Part shown: positions 24,001 to 38,200 of the stretch, one piece after another
How positions within the stretch are numbered: position 1 is the first letter of the stretch
Layout of the letters: the number at the start of each line of letters is the position of its first letter
DNA from: Ramazzottius varieornatus
Taxonomy: Eukaryota > Animalia > Tardigrada
DNA: 64,000 bases
Direction: 5' to 3'
Assembly (NCBI GenBank): GCA_001949185.1
Contig: BDGG01000021.1
Coordinates: 148,817-212,816 of the forward strand
Notes under the pieces: model-generated
Databases searched by the model: none
Seen by the model: only the letters and a program-made list of their open reading frames with translations
What the model was told of the DNA's origin: nothing
Translations under genes and position numbers: made by a program

Positions 24001-27000
24001 CTGCAATTTGTCGCTCCATCTCTTACATCAACTTTTTCCAGAGGAAGAAAACAGCCGATAGGAAAAACAAGGCAGTTACTTGTCTCAACTTTTCCCTTAA
24101 CGATCCTTTCTGCCGCACTTCAGTCGATGGCAACCATCGCAACTATGGAGAGGCTCCTCTTTCATGACCGATGCTATCTTCCTCCTACTCCAGTGGCTCG
24201 TTCAGTTCGAATGACATAACCGTGCTGGGAAGCCCGGCGGCAAGTTAATGATCTGTAAAGTTGTTTTTTCTCCTTGACAAGGAGAGGAATAGAGTGACGT
24301 TAATGTGTCAGAGGGAAGACGTTTGGTCACAGCCAAACTCAGCGAATCCGCGCGTCGTTGCGCACATCGCTGTATCGACCCCTCTTTCCTTCCCTCCTTT
24401 GATGTCAAGCAGAATACTTGAGCACACAATAGCAACGATTGGACAGTAGCTTGCTCCTTGTAATGGCAAATCGATACATTGGAATTTTTTTTCTTATGTA
24501 AGACTTTAATAGTCTTATGGTGTCATAACGACGACTAGCTGCGGCTTCTTGTCTTGCGGCATCATCCCCAAGAAAGCTTTGACAAGACCAGTAAGGATCA
24601 TCATTTGTCAATTATCCTCTATAGTAAATGACTCTTTGATTGCCGACGACAATCATTTTCTCGAAGAATGGAATCCGCCTCCTTGAGGACTACTTCCCTT
24701 CTAAATCTCGATTACCCCAAGTCCTTTCAGATTTTCCAGCCTGAAGCAAGAAAAAGCCCAAAAGTGAAAACGTGAAAAATTATGCTGATATCCTGCTGGG
24801 TTGGCCCCACGCACAAGGTGCTGTTCTCGCACGACTTTCTTCTGCCTTCTTTCCGCTTCCGCCTGTTACTTCCTTCGCGACAACCTACAAAGTTAGCGGA
24901 CCTCCTAACGTAATAAGCAACAAGCGGAAAGGCACGCCATCCTGTCCTCTGTACTGTGCAGCCAGTCTAACAGAAGTAAGACTAACTTAGTAGCACGATT
25001 TCTCCGCCAGACCTTGTTATAAACAGCCAGAACATTTGGCCCACATTTCACCCATTTCAACTCCCCCCATTAAATCCATCTTTTAAGCACGGCCGTATGA
25101 ATTATCCCTCATTTCTGCATAACTCTCGTCGACCATGCATACACAGCCTGCAGGCAATATACAGCAGTGTAACCAGTGTCCAACTGGTGCGCCGCTAGCC
25201 TTATCATCAAGGCTTCTTCCACAAATTCAATTTGTTCCCTCACTTATGCTTGTCTCTTTCCATTTCCACTCATTTCACCGCGCTGCTCAATTCAATATAA
25301 TAAGCCCCCCATTCATCCATACGCCCAACTTCCTGGTCCATCGTCCCTCCATCAAATTGCCGCTCAAGCCCCAAACGATCACTAGACGCTATGTCGCCAC
25401 TCTTAACAAGCTCAGCCATCAATTATACAGATCCAATATACTCTTCCTGCTAAGACTAGAAGGGATGTTCAACATGCCGGGAAAGGGAAGGTGTCAAGTA
25501 TTTATTTTAATTAAGGCCACTGTCCAATATTTCTTTTAAAAATTTCCTGGCGATGGTCAGGATCTCAGCTGGCGAATTAGAGGGTTTATGTAAGCTAGCG
25601 TGACAGGGCTTTGACTTAAATAAACCAAGCTTGAACGGACGTTTTTGGTCATATTGCCTTTCTCACTCCATCAACATCTTCAACAAGTCTTGAATAAACT
25701 CGGTCATGCAAAAGCTCCCTCCATATTTCTTTTTCTCCAAGCTGTCAAAGAAACACTTGACAGCTCGATTGCAGCAAGAAGCAAAAAGACTAAAGTAACG
25801 ATCGCGCCGACCACAAGCATTCCCTTCCTCCCTGCCCATCAATTTCACCCTCGTTGCTCGTTTTCTTCACCAAAGTCACAACTTGACACATCACTAAAAC
25901 AAAAAAGCCGTTTATCCTGTCCATACTCCAACCAGCTATGCAAATCGTAATCCCTCTTCTCTACGGTGCACTCTGACCTACAAAGAAATCACCCCCGAAA
26001 GAGTGTGGCATTTGAAGTATGGCCATAAACACAATTCTCTGACGGGTTAATATTCTGACCCATATTTTCCTGCGGTTTTACGAGCCGCAAAATATACATG
26101 CATCGAAGGTAGACGACGAGTAAAATTTCGGGCATAAATATTTGAGTGACGACTTTGTGGAAACCGGTTGAATGTTGTGTCTCAACTCGAGGCTGCGTCT
26201 GCATGTCAAGAAAGGTGTTATGTCAAAAGACGAGACTTTATTCTGCTTGTGCGCCACTAATGCCACACGCGTTTGCCATCAAAGCGGTAAACTGGACATG
26301 GCGGGGACAGAGTGGGCAACATAACAACATGAACATGGAGAAATTGATTCTGTCCCCACGGATTAGCCGGCTAAAGTGCCTTCCTTCCCTTCAAAACTCG
26401 TTTCATTGAACATTGCCATGCATTCCATATTTGCCGCTATTCACTCATGGCCAGCTGAAAAATGCCGGTTGCCCTTCGTCTTCGACGATGTGGAGGAGAA
26501 TTTGCCATCCAGCACCTTGTTGGACCACATGCCGTCTCTCCTGACATTGATCAAACGCTATCACCATCAATAAAACCCAAAACAGCCTGTAACGCTGTAA
26601 ACTTGCATCAACCACGCCCACCTCGAAATCCAACCAAATATTCGTGCTTTAGCATGGGCATATTACACGATGAAAAGATGGCAGATGATGCTGATGTCCA
26701 CCGGGAAATGATTTTCCCCAGTTTGATCATGGGATTGTAACGTGGCCAAACTGTGGAAATGTACGAATTTGCTTATGAGTTGGCATTTTGTACAGTGACA
26801 CAGAAGCATGTCCAGTCGATTGCACCTGCCGATGGGGCACTCGAGCGCCTGTTTCTCTTCCCACCTTTGCCGATAAAATACACAGCTGTCTGGATAAGTA
26901 TAGCTCTTGACCCGATCATAGCCAGCCCAAGATATATTATTTCTTACGGAAAGTAAACTAAGGGGACAAGAAAGGTGCTGATGGGAATGGACCTGCCAAG

Positions 27001-29231
27001 ACATGGGGTGTACCTTACATCACTCCACCTGAACTAGGTAGTTCACGCTACACCATGTCCGTAAACAAGGGCCAGCCTCATCGACAGGCATTCAAATGAA
27101 ATATGGGACCCTTCATCGCCGGCTTCCTTCCTGACCAACTCTGGGGCTTACGCTTGCTTCTCTGTGAACATTGAAGGCTGTAACGGGGCATGCATAACAT
27201 GAACGATGATGACACTTTGCATTTGTGATGGTAATGACCAGTAAAGAGGGAGAAGGGTCCCCCTTTTACTGGCTCCGTTGACGCAGCAATAAAAGCGGCC
27301 AACTACGGCCCATAATTACCCCTCCACTCAACGAACCCACCGGCTTTATTTCCTCTTCCCTTTCGCCTTCTGCACAAGGCGTAATCGGCCACTTTAGCCA
27401 ATAGCCCTCATTCCTCATTGATGACCCAATGACAAGAATAACCAAATCTCACTTCACTCTTCCCAAAACCCTAGCAACCTTTCTGAATTTGTTCGTCTAC
27501 TGCACAGAATATTTGCTGGATATTCCGTGAATAATCCTCTTGCCGGGGGACCTCAGAGGAATGGAGAAGGAAGAGAGGGGAAAAGCGATAAGGCGGCAAA
27601 TGCTTCCGATGCCTTTTCTTGAGGTTGGATACAATGATGTAATCGATGAATGGATAATCACATTTGATAGCTTAGCTTCCTTACAAGGGATGAGGGAGCG
27701 CTAGACGGAGGCTTGTCTTTGACTAGTAGCACAATGCAACAGGGAGCAAGTGCGTCTCCCATTGCTCCTTGTACTATAAAGCCATTCACCCACATCGACA
27801 AAGGCGGCCACAGTCTCCCACGGAGGCCTTTTGGGGTTCCCCGCCTTATCCGACACGAATGTGGAGCAACGAAACAAGTAAGAGGCAGAGAACCCTTGCG
27901 GGTTTCCCGCTAGGATCCCTCATGGTGGCCTCAGCGGTGACGCGATCCGGGCTAAGCTGCCTTTCTTTCCATTCAACAACTTGCGGGAAATCTCACAAAT
28001 GCCATCATGGAGAACAGCAAGCAAAGCCTGTATCAAGAAGGATCTGCAGTGTCAAGACAGGCTAATCCTCAAACCTGACATTACTGATATCCGCTCTATC
28101 ATCCCAGGCCAGCCAGAAATTTCCAGCATGGCCTCCTACTACAGCACAACAACCTCATAGGAAATTTCACAGGAACATCTCCGTGTGGTACTATGCAAAC
28201 TTTTTCATGGTTAGAGACAGGAAGCAGGAAGAGGAAAGTGGTGCAAGTAGAAAAAAGAGCCATTAGTCGCCGATTGGCCTTTAGTGTAAACTTCCAAGCG
28301 GTGTATCCTTTGACGAACGTGTACAAGCCAAATGCGCGGTTGTGGCGAAGGGAATTAAGGCTGACATGTCCGACATGCCTGACAGACAATAGGGGGAAAA
28401 AAAGGCATTTCACGCCTTTTTCCTCACCATTCTTCCTGGCCGTCAATCGGCCAGCGCAGTGCAGTTCCACTTTGACACGATGCAACCCTACAGCAGACAT
28501 GCGTGCTGTCCATAGAGCATTGTGTTGGGCATGTTACATCGATGGCCGTTTATTTCTCAAAGCATTCACCCGATTCGATACTGGTACCATTCACCCCAAG
28601 CATTTATTCCCTCGTGCATGAAAATGTTACTGTGTGCCACACCAACACTCCCGTCATCACGCTTTTCTCTCTCTCTCCTCTCCAACTGTGTAGAAAATTC
28701 AGACCGTTCAAACCAAGAGCTCCTTCATGCACACAACTCATCAAAACAAACCCTTTAAAACTCCTTTTGTCCCCAATCGCCACAATCGAGAAGATCTTCC
28801 TCGATGAATTGACATTCTGGATTTAATTGAAACTATACACAAAGTACTGGGATAATTATTTTGGTGATGGCGCCGAAAGGCAAAGAGATTGGAAGTCGCG
28901 CGCCTTGATCGGAGCATAACATAACGTTAAGGAGAAGAGTCAAGTCAAATATTATTCACCGGACATCCGTCCAACAACATTGCCTGGCAGAACTGCCCTG
29001 ACATGTACAGCCCCTGCCACTTCACTACACCGTAGCTCAGAAAATATTCTGGGATAATGGCAGGTGTTGGCCTTCACACGGCGGCTTATTGTCGAATTTA
29101 TGGTGCGAAGAATTGTACTAGACAAAAGAAGCGGCAATTGTAAAAATACCTGCTGAGATGGAGGGGAATGTCCTGAGCAGTATGGACAGGACGAGCAACC
29201 AGGAGTATTTCCTCCTTGTTCGCCCCGTCAT
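18001..29231 (-). CDS. tutl: Protein turtle / IgSF9-like cell-adhesion molecule (signal peptide, Ig domains, 2 FN3, TM, cytoplasmic tail)
   Basis: Ig1 GILPCDLLYPGGRPVPHIIEW..PIFILYQGYPPHIG..DEGWYEC; further Ig exons; FN3 STTPHAPTN..WQPAYSGGFAQHYIIWY; TM AITAGVVGGVLFFAVSIILILV. Signal-peptide exon 29231-29150 joins the exon starting at 22400 in phase 1. Confidence 0.85.
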
Positions 29232-31399
29232 GTTGGGTTTGTATCGGCGGCACAAGGAAGGGACTGGGATGAAGCATGGCCAGCTGTGAACGATCTGCTG
29301 ACAGTCATAATCAATTAAGGCAGCTGCTGCTCCACTCTTCTTCCTGCCCTTCATTCCACTAGCAGCAATGACACGACGAACAGAGGAGGATCGGTAACAG
29401 CCAAAGCACCATGCAATGAAACATAATTAACAGCCCTCACAACTGTGTCCACTCCATTCATTCCCACACAAGTATCCAAGGCATCCTTCGACAGTTACAT
29501 CACCATCCAAAGTAGGGTCCGTTATACGTACGTACTCCCATTTCGAATCCGGCCACAGTTGCAATTACACAGATTAGCTCGATGGCCCATTATCCCATTA
29601 CAGGTGCCCAACGTCAAGACCGCAGGAGAAATCCTCTGCCTTGTCATCGAATAATCGATATTGCATTTAGCAGAGAAGAGTTTATGGCGAATGACGGAGG
29701 CTAGTGCGAGTCTTTCCGGCAGGCAAAAATAGAACAATATAAACACGGTATGCGCAGTGTTTTTGTTGTCTGTATCAGTCAATGAATGTCAGGGCGATTT
29801 GAAATGAAAAAGTAGCGATGGATGGGAAGGAGAAGAAGGCAGCCCAGAATAGCCATCACAGCGTGTAGGGCTAGAGTGAAACAGCAAAGTCTGCTGGAGG
29901 GAATATATGCATGGAATCCCTCTGGCTTGACTGTACACTGTGCAAGTACACAGTCCAGACTGGAAAGTATACACTTCCTCTATTGGGACTGTACCAACAC
30001 AATCGCCATCTCACTTACGGCACAATACAACAACTCAGAAGCTGTAGACGATATCCCGCCTTCCCTCCGCTTCCTTCCTTTGATGGTCGATAGGGTCGGT
30101 TCAGCTGTGAAACGGTCGACCGATCCGAGTCCACTACCACACCGCCATGAAACGAGATGTGGTAACAGTAGCTAAGCTAGCTACCCCTCAACACAACTGC
30201 ATGCTGGCCTTCCTCCCCCTTCACTCCATTCCGCCTGCGACTGTACATGATGGAGGGAGACGAGCCAAAGTCCCCAAAAATACCACCGCAATAGTCGCTT
30301 CTTCATACTTCCATTGCTCGACCGACGACCCACACCGGCCAAATTCTACAGAACGTATTGTATCGTCAAAGGATGAGACGACACTTTCGCCGTCGTTTAT
30401 ATTGAGACTTTGTTCTATATGGAAGGTTCCGAGACATCCATATCGCTATGATAGTGAGATAATTTTGATTTAGTCTGCTCATTTCATTCAGAGAAAACAA
30501 AAGAGGTCCACCTGGCAGATTTGTGTGCATAAGAGTGCTACAGATGGCGCTAGGTAGGTCAGCGTGCGTGGCCTATAGATTGGCAACCTCAGATCTGCAT
30601 GTCTGACCTGGGAATGCACTGACAGAATAAAAATACCACAGACGATAAATACAATCGGCTTCAAGAAGCGCTACTGTGCGCACCCAGCCAGTCAGCCACT
30701 ATCGGCGACAACCGAAAGGGAAGAGGGCGGCAGTAGGCTCGATGAATTTCTTGTCAGATTGGTATAGCACTAGCGCTATAGTCACGAAGTCCCGCTCCGC
30801 GATGTGCTACCTGACCACAGCGCTAGCGGCGTCAGATACTAACTGTCATCGAGTGTTTCGCGGACTTGTACGTGGAACTGTTCTGATCGTAGTTACCCAG
30901 CATGAACTGCGGCGTCCAATGAAAGGTGGATCGCTGAGGCACGACGATTCGCCGTCAGCCATGTTTCGGTTTATAGTGATACCATATCTCCATCGCCGTA
31001 TGGAATACAATGAATCCCTTGGTCGCTTATCTTCGGCTGATCATTTCTCCCTCGTAAAATTTCAGTCCTCACGAAATTAGAAACATTTTCGGGTAGCACT
31101 GTATGGACCAGAAACCTCGCCAGCGCCTCCCTCTTCATATCATCGTCTCAGTAAAGAGGTAGACTCTTCTTACCTGAGCAAAAATTGCCCCTTTTGGCCA
31201 CTGCCTTAACCTGTAAAGGAACACCTCGAAGGTGCCTTAGTGGTTCTGCCTCATTCTGCGGCTTACCGAAAGGGCCGTCGTTTGAAAGATGTTGCTTCTC
31301 AGCGGACTCTTTCGATCAGTGGTGGCTCGATGGAGGTCTGAGTCCGAAACGAAGGACCCGAGCCGACACACAGCCCACAACAACAAGACAGAAAGGGAT

Positions 31400-33830
31400 A
31401 ATACCGTTCATCTTAGTGATGAACTCGTTTTCCAATGACTGACTGTGTGTCAGATTTCAGGCAAGATATACGAGCAGGATCGTCAGGAAGAAACGACCAA
31501 GAGATACGAGGAAGCCATGAGCGAAGCCAGAAGCGTCCATTTCTTGGCACCTCCCGCCTTATCTCCCAAGAGGGGCGCGAGTAACTCGTTACCTGATCTG
31601 TCGCAGCTTCATGAACAAGGCCTCATGCACCATCTGTGGGTCAGTAGTACCATTTAACTTCGAACACCGAAAACAGACAGCTGCCACCAGCGATCCCTCA
31701 ACGGGGCCGGAAATATCTCACTGTGCTTTCCTACTGTCCACCCAACGAAGGCAACTGGCCACGTACTCGCAGTGGCCCTGCGCAAAAGATTCGCTAACTA
31801 ATAATACTACGACAGATCCTGCCACTTCCGCCATCGACACTTCCCCTTATTCACGTATACCGCCAACTTGGACGAGAATTTCCTCCGTGCCTTCCTCGCG
31901 ACACTTCAGTACCTCCGTAAAGCTTCTGTCCTCTGACCTGAACTGCGACTTCCGCATACAAACTGGACATGGTCGTTTTTACCATGTGGCGCACGCTTCC
32001 ATCCAACAGCACTGGAAGCCTGCGCCACTTGGTGAAACGATCTTGTGTAGTTATTTACCAAGCTCCCAGTCTTGAGCGTTCCGTCGTCCGTGCCACCACT
32101 GCAAAAATAGAGTGCGTCTGCCTTATTATTATACAGCAAACAGATCGCACAATTTTTTGCGGAGGCATGATCGAGGATGTGGCCACACCAGCCGACAATC
32201 CGACCAGCAGTGTCCCTTTGTTTCCACAATCAGCACCCAGCCTTCTCCTCGTGGAACAGTCAATTCTTCCTACCACAATTGCGACTCTTACCATCACGGC
32301 CCACTGTCTTCAATCGATACCAGGACAGGTGAACATCATTCAAAGTCGATCCCAAATCAAAACTGCTCAGGGACTTGCGGATGTTTGAGAAATGTTGCCC
32401 ACCCGCGTTCAAGCATGGACTGCTACCTTTGACAGCGATGCCACGCTGGACTTGCTCAGCAGTTTGAGCGAATAAAAGTTTGGTCAAAGTCAAGAAGTCA
32501 ATGCCGAAGCTCAAGAAGCCAGCAACTACATGGAAAGACTGCGGCCAGCCGACAACTAGGCCAGGAAGGAGTTTCCGATCCCGACTTTCTTTGACTGACG
32601 CCTGCCCCCATCCTGAAGCATTTATGCGAGACCCCTTCACCATCCTCTCCATTAGGTGTTACGTGTCCTTTTCTACTTATTTTTCTTACCTGCAAATGCT
32701 CTGCGTCCTCCCTTGAATGAAGACCTCTTCTGGTTCAGCAAGACCCGTCTTTCATCTGAAGATAAAGTATGTCTCACCTTTCAACGTATGCACGCAATTC
32801 CCAATGAATTTCAGACATGTCAAACCTGAAACGTCAAGAGTTCAATGCTTGAAGAAAGTGGCGTCGCCGACTGTGGCCCACAAGCATGGCTGTCAGGAGC
32901 GCTTGGGCATTTTGCACCTGCTGGTACTTGACATCATCCAGCAGCTTTAGGCGACATGCATGACCAGTCAGCAGGGCTCTCAGCTCTTCCTGTTGCCTTT
33001 CCACCATCTGTGAAGTCATACTGGCTGAGACATGCGAGGCGGCCATGGGCTCTGCTCTTCCATCCATCGGGTGGCCGGCTCCTTCGGCGTCGGACTGCCT
33101 AGCTACATCTATCACGTTTCCGCTTCCGTCATCTTGCTGCCCATGCCTCTCTTTCACAGCTTCATCAGCTAAATCGTCCAGCCGAAACCTACGGATGAGC
33201 AAAGACAGTCTCACCAGTCATCTTGTATACAGGCAAAAGATGATAGCAACGCCATTGGAAGGCTCTACTGTAAGTCATCGATGATGCGCCTCAACAGGAA
33301 GTTCTCTTCAAAGACATCTTCGTACTCTGCTTTCTGCTGCACAGCCTGCACCTGAACCGCTTCAATGTTGCAACCGTCACCGGGCTCAGCTTCACACTGC
33401 ACAGAACTTTCCTGCGTTTTGGGGTTTACTGCCAGAGAGAAAGGTACATGGTATGTCCTAATGTCAAAATATAGTTACGACACAGAGAGGAGAAATTTAC
33501 GACAGCGATCGACCGACTTTGAACTGCCACGTCGTATTTCAGTGCGACGTCCAGTGTATCGATTTCGGGCACTTCAACGTGGCCATTCAGTCCATCGCGA
33601 TATCCGGCTGGGAGCAGTCGTGAGCCCGAACGGTTCTTGCGGGAGCTTGATGCAGATGTTCCATTGGAAGCAGGCTGAAGTCGGGACGCGAGAGAAGAGT
33701 AACTGCCTGGGCGTAGTGAGCGGTTGAGTACGGATTGCACTTCCTGCAGATACGGAGCAACTACAGACTCATCCCTCGCTGCTTTCTCCCCATTATGAAT
33801 TGAAGATCCTCGAGGCATTTCGATAAGCAT
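31400..33830 (-). CDS. Uncharacterised multi-exon protein (coiled-coil-like segments); boundaries approximate, could be two genes
   Basis: Phase-consistent GT-AG joins: ...NFSSLC|LNPKTQESSVQCE..FEENFLLRRIIDDLQ|FRLDDLADE..LLDDVK|FDMSEIHWELRAYVE and ...VVARTTERSRLGAW|SEDRSFTEVLKCREEG. No family recognised. Confidence 0.5.
31986..32028. repeat. Intronic dyad element (intron ~31938-32057 of the unknown gene)
   Basis: gtggcgcac-gcttcca..tggaagc-ctgcgccac, N25; outer arms ggtcgtttttacca / tggtgaaacgatc. Confidence 0.85.
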
Positions 33831-33976
33831 GTAGTCCGGACAACTACTCCATGAAGAATTCGATTTAGAGAAGTGAAACGCACCAGCGGTGGACCGGTGA
33901 TTTATTCAGTGGATTATCCAAAACACGGAACGGCTTCGCAACCTCAAACGCAGCCCAACTTTCGAACGGTACCAGA

Positions 33977-34207
33977 CAGTGTTATTTTGATCATAATAAT
34001 AGGAAATCGATTTTAATAATTAGAATCGTTTTAATTGAGCGGGTTGATATTCGCTTGATTGATTGATCCATAATAGGTAGTCGAATTTTGATTTTAATAA
34101 TTAAAATCGTCAGCGATAATTGATTTTACTTGCGGCCAGCTGATCGCGTAGACTTAACATCAGCACATAACTTTTAATAATTTTAATTGCATAGTAAAGT
34201 AACACTG
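33977..34207. mobile_element. hAT-type MITE (231 bp)
   Basis: TIR cagtgtta(t/c)ttt; exact 8-bp TSD gtaccaga at 33969-33976 and 34208-34215; internal ttttaataatt repeats. Confidence 0.9.
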
Positions 34208-34234
34208 GTACCAGAGTCCATATATTCTGCATAG

Positions 34235-34820
34235 TAGACCTGTTTCGCAAGTCATGTTTTCGGCTTGCACAGCATATGTATAGGTGTTATGATGTGCTTT
34301 TATCCACGACTTATGTTCGGCCTAATATCGCTGCACAGAATTTCAAATTCTGTGCAAGCTGAGTTGATTGAACTATTTACCACTTTGGTCGAACTTTGAA
34401 ATTTCACTGGAGTGGAGCTTGACCAGAACAATCAGCAAATTGGACCTGGCGCGCCAAGTAATCCAAGCCATGCGCCTTCCCCACATTGCGCCACTTGACT
34501 TCCGCTCTCGTTTCCTCTGCAAATCCATCACGTTTTCGACCTGAACCAGCATTAAAACGAGGAAGAGACATTTCTCTTCCCAAAACTACGGCTAGAAAAC
34601 GCGAACAAAGTCCTGGATTCATCCAATTGAGGGATGAGTGTCTGGTCTCGCGAGTCTCAGTTCCAGGCTGAACTCGCGCAGCGTAATGTCGCTTTATCTT
34701 AATTTTCTATGCGGGAAGTGTCGAAACCGCGAAACGGTCACCGCAAAGAAACCTGAACACTACCAAATCATGTGATTTTATCTAATTCAGGGCCGAAACA
34801 TGACTTGCGAAATAGGTCTA
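34235..34820. mobile_element. MITE with ~30-bp TIRs (TSD either TA or AGT)
   Basis: tagacctgtttcgcaagtcatgttttcggc ... gccgaaacatgacttgcgaaataggtcta. Confidence 0.8.
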
Positions 34821-34976
34821 GTGATGTTGGCATATATGAATATTATATTTAACTGGAACTTATTAGATGAGTTTTGCATCAAATGTATTGTACTAACATT
34901 TATTAGATGCCTCGACTGAGGCAGGATATTTATTACTATTAAATTAGATGGAAGCCGGACCTGGATATATTATGTC

Positions 34977-35056
34977 AAACCATATATAAATCAAATATAT
35001 ATCGATGTATATATATATAAATATACATCGATATATATTTGATTTATATATGGTTT
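34977..35056. repeat. AT-rich perfect 36-bp inverted repeat with an 8-nt loop
   Basis: aaaccatatataaatcaaatatatatcgatgtatat (34977-35012) / atatacatcgatatatatttgatttatatatggttt (35021-35056). Confidence 0.9.
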
Positions 35057-35279
35057 ATTATAATATATCCACATATATATATATACACATCGATATATAT
35101 TTGATTCATATATATATATTATATTACACTTTGCTAAATATGAAATATTCAAAAAATAATATTGCATCAAACCAATATCAGATAACTACAGCCATGCACA
35201 AAACGCAAGCCAATTTGCAAAAGCATAAAGAGGCCCGATAGAACCAGACTCCAAAACAATAAAACAATTCCACTCAGCT

Positions 35280-38200
35280 AAAAATCTCGGTTATTGACAT
35301 CGACAATAGAATAGATCTCCTTCAAACCTCTATGACCAGAAAGGGTTCCGAAAACAGAGGCAGCATTAGAGAGATCTTGTTTCGCCGGTGGCTTCTGCTA
35401 TTCTTTTGCCTATTTACTGGATAAGGCTGGATGCTTCGTTCCCGAAAGGACCGAAAGTTTCGAACGCTACTGGACAGAACAGGTAGCGACCATCCGGATC
35501 GCGGTACTTGTGTCTCTTGAGCTCTTCCGCCTTGTTGGCGGCATAACCGAGCTGCCCCGCTGATCCTCGCAGGTATGTTTCTTCAACAGTGTCCACACAG
35601 GTTACATCCAAGACAAGAGCCTTACCTTGTTGCCACGGGATGAGCGTCAGTCCGTCAGGTCGTTTCTGGTCGTCCCTGAGGATCCCGTTGGGCTCAAGAA
35701 CGTTCGGGACTTTACAGCTGATGAGAGCACGGTGGAGGGAGTCATTCAGAGCGGGATGTCTAGAATGACGGCCGGCACTCAACTGACAAGACAAGCCGTG
35801 GCGCCCCAGCTCGTCGACAAGTTTTTTGCAACGACAAACATGGGGCTCACGGAGCCTAGCCCCAAGACGCAAACCAACTGAGATGCGAAACGAGTTGTCG
35901 TCCAGCAAATTACCTAAAACAGAAATGGGTAACGCATTAAGCCATGCTCCTGAGTCCTTGGCTGATACGGCAACTAGTCTGGTTCTTTCTGCTTGGGAAC
36001 TGGCATCCAGAAGGGTTTGGTAGTGCTGGTCAACTATCAGGATGTCCCACGCCTTCTGCGTTGAACGGAGAGTAAGAATGGGAGGCTGTGAGATACTCTT
36101 TACCTGCCAGTGGCTTATCGCCGGCGATACTATACAATTCACGTCGACTTGAGGATAGATCTGTTTTATCAGATCGAATGCCGAGTGAACGGAAGCCAGA
36201 GAGGCCGGGAGAGCCAGTTGATCGACGCGTCTGGTTCCGAGAGCGCCCCTACTGACGGGAAGGCTTGACTGCCGCCAGACCATGTCGTCCATTGCGATGT
36301 TGGCGATTTTACCTGCACATTTCCGGATGGTCTCATCAAAAGCTTGAAGGGAAGGAAGGCAACTGAAGGTCGGGCTGCAGCGAAGGATATACAATAACTT
36401 AGGTGGACTAAGACAGTTCTTCAACAGAAACAAAGCTTGGTGGGCCGAGATTTTTTCCAAGCGTGTAGTCATGAGCTCGGCTTGTCGAATCTTTTCCTCT
36501 AAGACCGGAGGGATCGCTTCGGGAAAAACTGGAGCTCCAAATAGCGTTATGGTCTCCGGAAAAATTACGCCAGGGCAGAGGAGCTTCATTTTCTGGCGTG
36601 TAACTTGCTGTTGGGTAAGAGTACCTCCCCAGACAACAAACTCACATTTGGACGTATTGAGCTCAAGGCCCAGAGAAGCGCCGATCTCCACAATGGTCTG
36701 GAAGTCCCTGCTTACCAGTTCGAAGTCTTCACCAAGCGTGGCATCGTCAAGATACCACACATGGAAGGGCGACTGAAGCGACTTGGACAGGTTTCAGGTC
36801 AGAAGACAGAACAGCAATGGCCCTAGGGGGTCTCTTTGTTGAACCCCCGGGGCGGAAGGGATGACGTGCTTGCCGTAGATGAGATTTGTTGGCGATCTGT
36901 ACATCTAAAAAATAAAAGGGTAAACCTCGGGAAGGAACTTCTGGGCCTCGAGTAACCTGTCTCTGTGAACGGAATTGAATGCATTCCTGAAGTCGAGTTT
37001 TCGCATCAAGCCGACCAAGTCGGTAAGTGCTTGCGCCAGCTGTAGCGACATAGGATCCTTCAGACCCCCTAGCAGGTCTTTCAGGTGCTGAGGGTGAAAA
37101 CCATCAGGACCCCCAGCTGAGTCACAGGGGAAACTGCTTACAGCAGACATTAGATCCTCCGTGGTGACTGGTGGCGAGGAAGGACCAAAGCACTCTTTCG
37201 AGGGGAAATGGGCATCTTGATGTTCGGGAGGATGCTTTTTCCGTAGCTCTTCCAGAGTCTCTGTTGACATAGGCACCGCTGATATCGCCACCGTTCAACT
37301 TCAGCTCCACTCTTCTCTTCATCTGCGAGTCTTCGTCGATCGATTTCTTCTGCCAGTGTTCCACATTATTCTTCCTTACACACTCTCTCACAATATCGAG
37401 GAGGGCGGAGGCTGCAGTTATTCTCGCGCCTCGTGGTATTCTTTTGATAGTCGGGACAGATCGTTTGACAGGATTGACGGATCGGTTGTCGTCGTCAGCT
37501 GCTGAGGACTGGCTAAGGATGACTGTTTGGTCACGTAGCTTGCTCTGGGCTTTTTGTCATGGCCTTTTTCCTCGATGGTTGGTTAGGAAACCCTCTGAGG
37601 CAGCTAAGAAACGCGTGCGTTTTCCCCGGAGTCATCTTCAGGAGGCTCAAAAGACATTCCAAATGGATGAAGCGTTTCACAACAACGACCGAAACCACGT
37701 GACCAACCATGGATCAAATAACTGCTGAAAGTCACGCGGCACAGCATAACGCGATCAGCAACCAAGCAATAATTGACTTACCTGAGCGCTCAAAGACGAG
37801 GGCACGAAGACTAGCATTACGACTCGCTTTGAAGTTCAGGAGACCCACTCTCCGAATCGGTCGAGGTATCCCAAGATACGCTGGTGATACCTGCCAAAGG
37901 TGTAGTTGTCGACTTTGGGGACAGTGACAACCACGGTCCTGACTTCACTCCAGTTGAATCCTTCAGGAAATCCTTCAGGAATCATATTATATCAACTCGC
38001 TGGGCGCTCCATATTGAAATTCTTAATCTGCGATTTCGGCTTCGGTTGATTGAAATAAGGCTTGATCTGTGCCAAGCGAAAGCGTGCGATTTTGCACATT
38101 GTGCTGTTGGTGTGGATCATAACGCATCACGCACCTGCACATCAAGTTATATTGATCGGCGTTCAGGGCGATGCATTGATTGTCAGTTTCGTTTGATTGG

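Noticed and set aside
22500-31100. Numerous 60-140 aa ORFs in the ORF track
   Set aside because: No motifs or consistent splice phases, apart from the turtle signal-peptide exon; treated as intronic or intergenic noise, like the many antisense ORFs over real exons.
34446-34494. Additional dyad copy (ctggcgcgc..ttgcgccac)
   Set aside because: The spacer is 31 nt and the outer arms and loop consensus are missing; likely chance.
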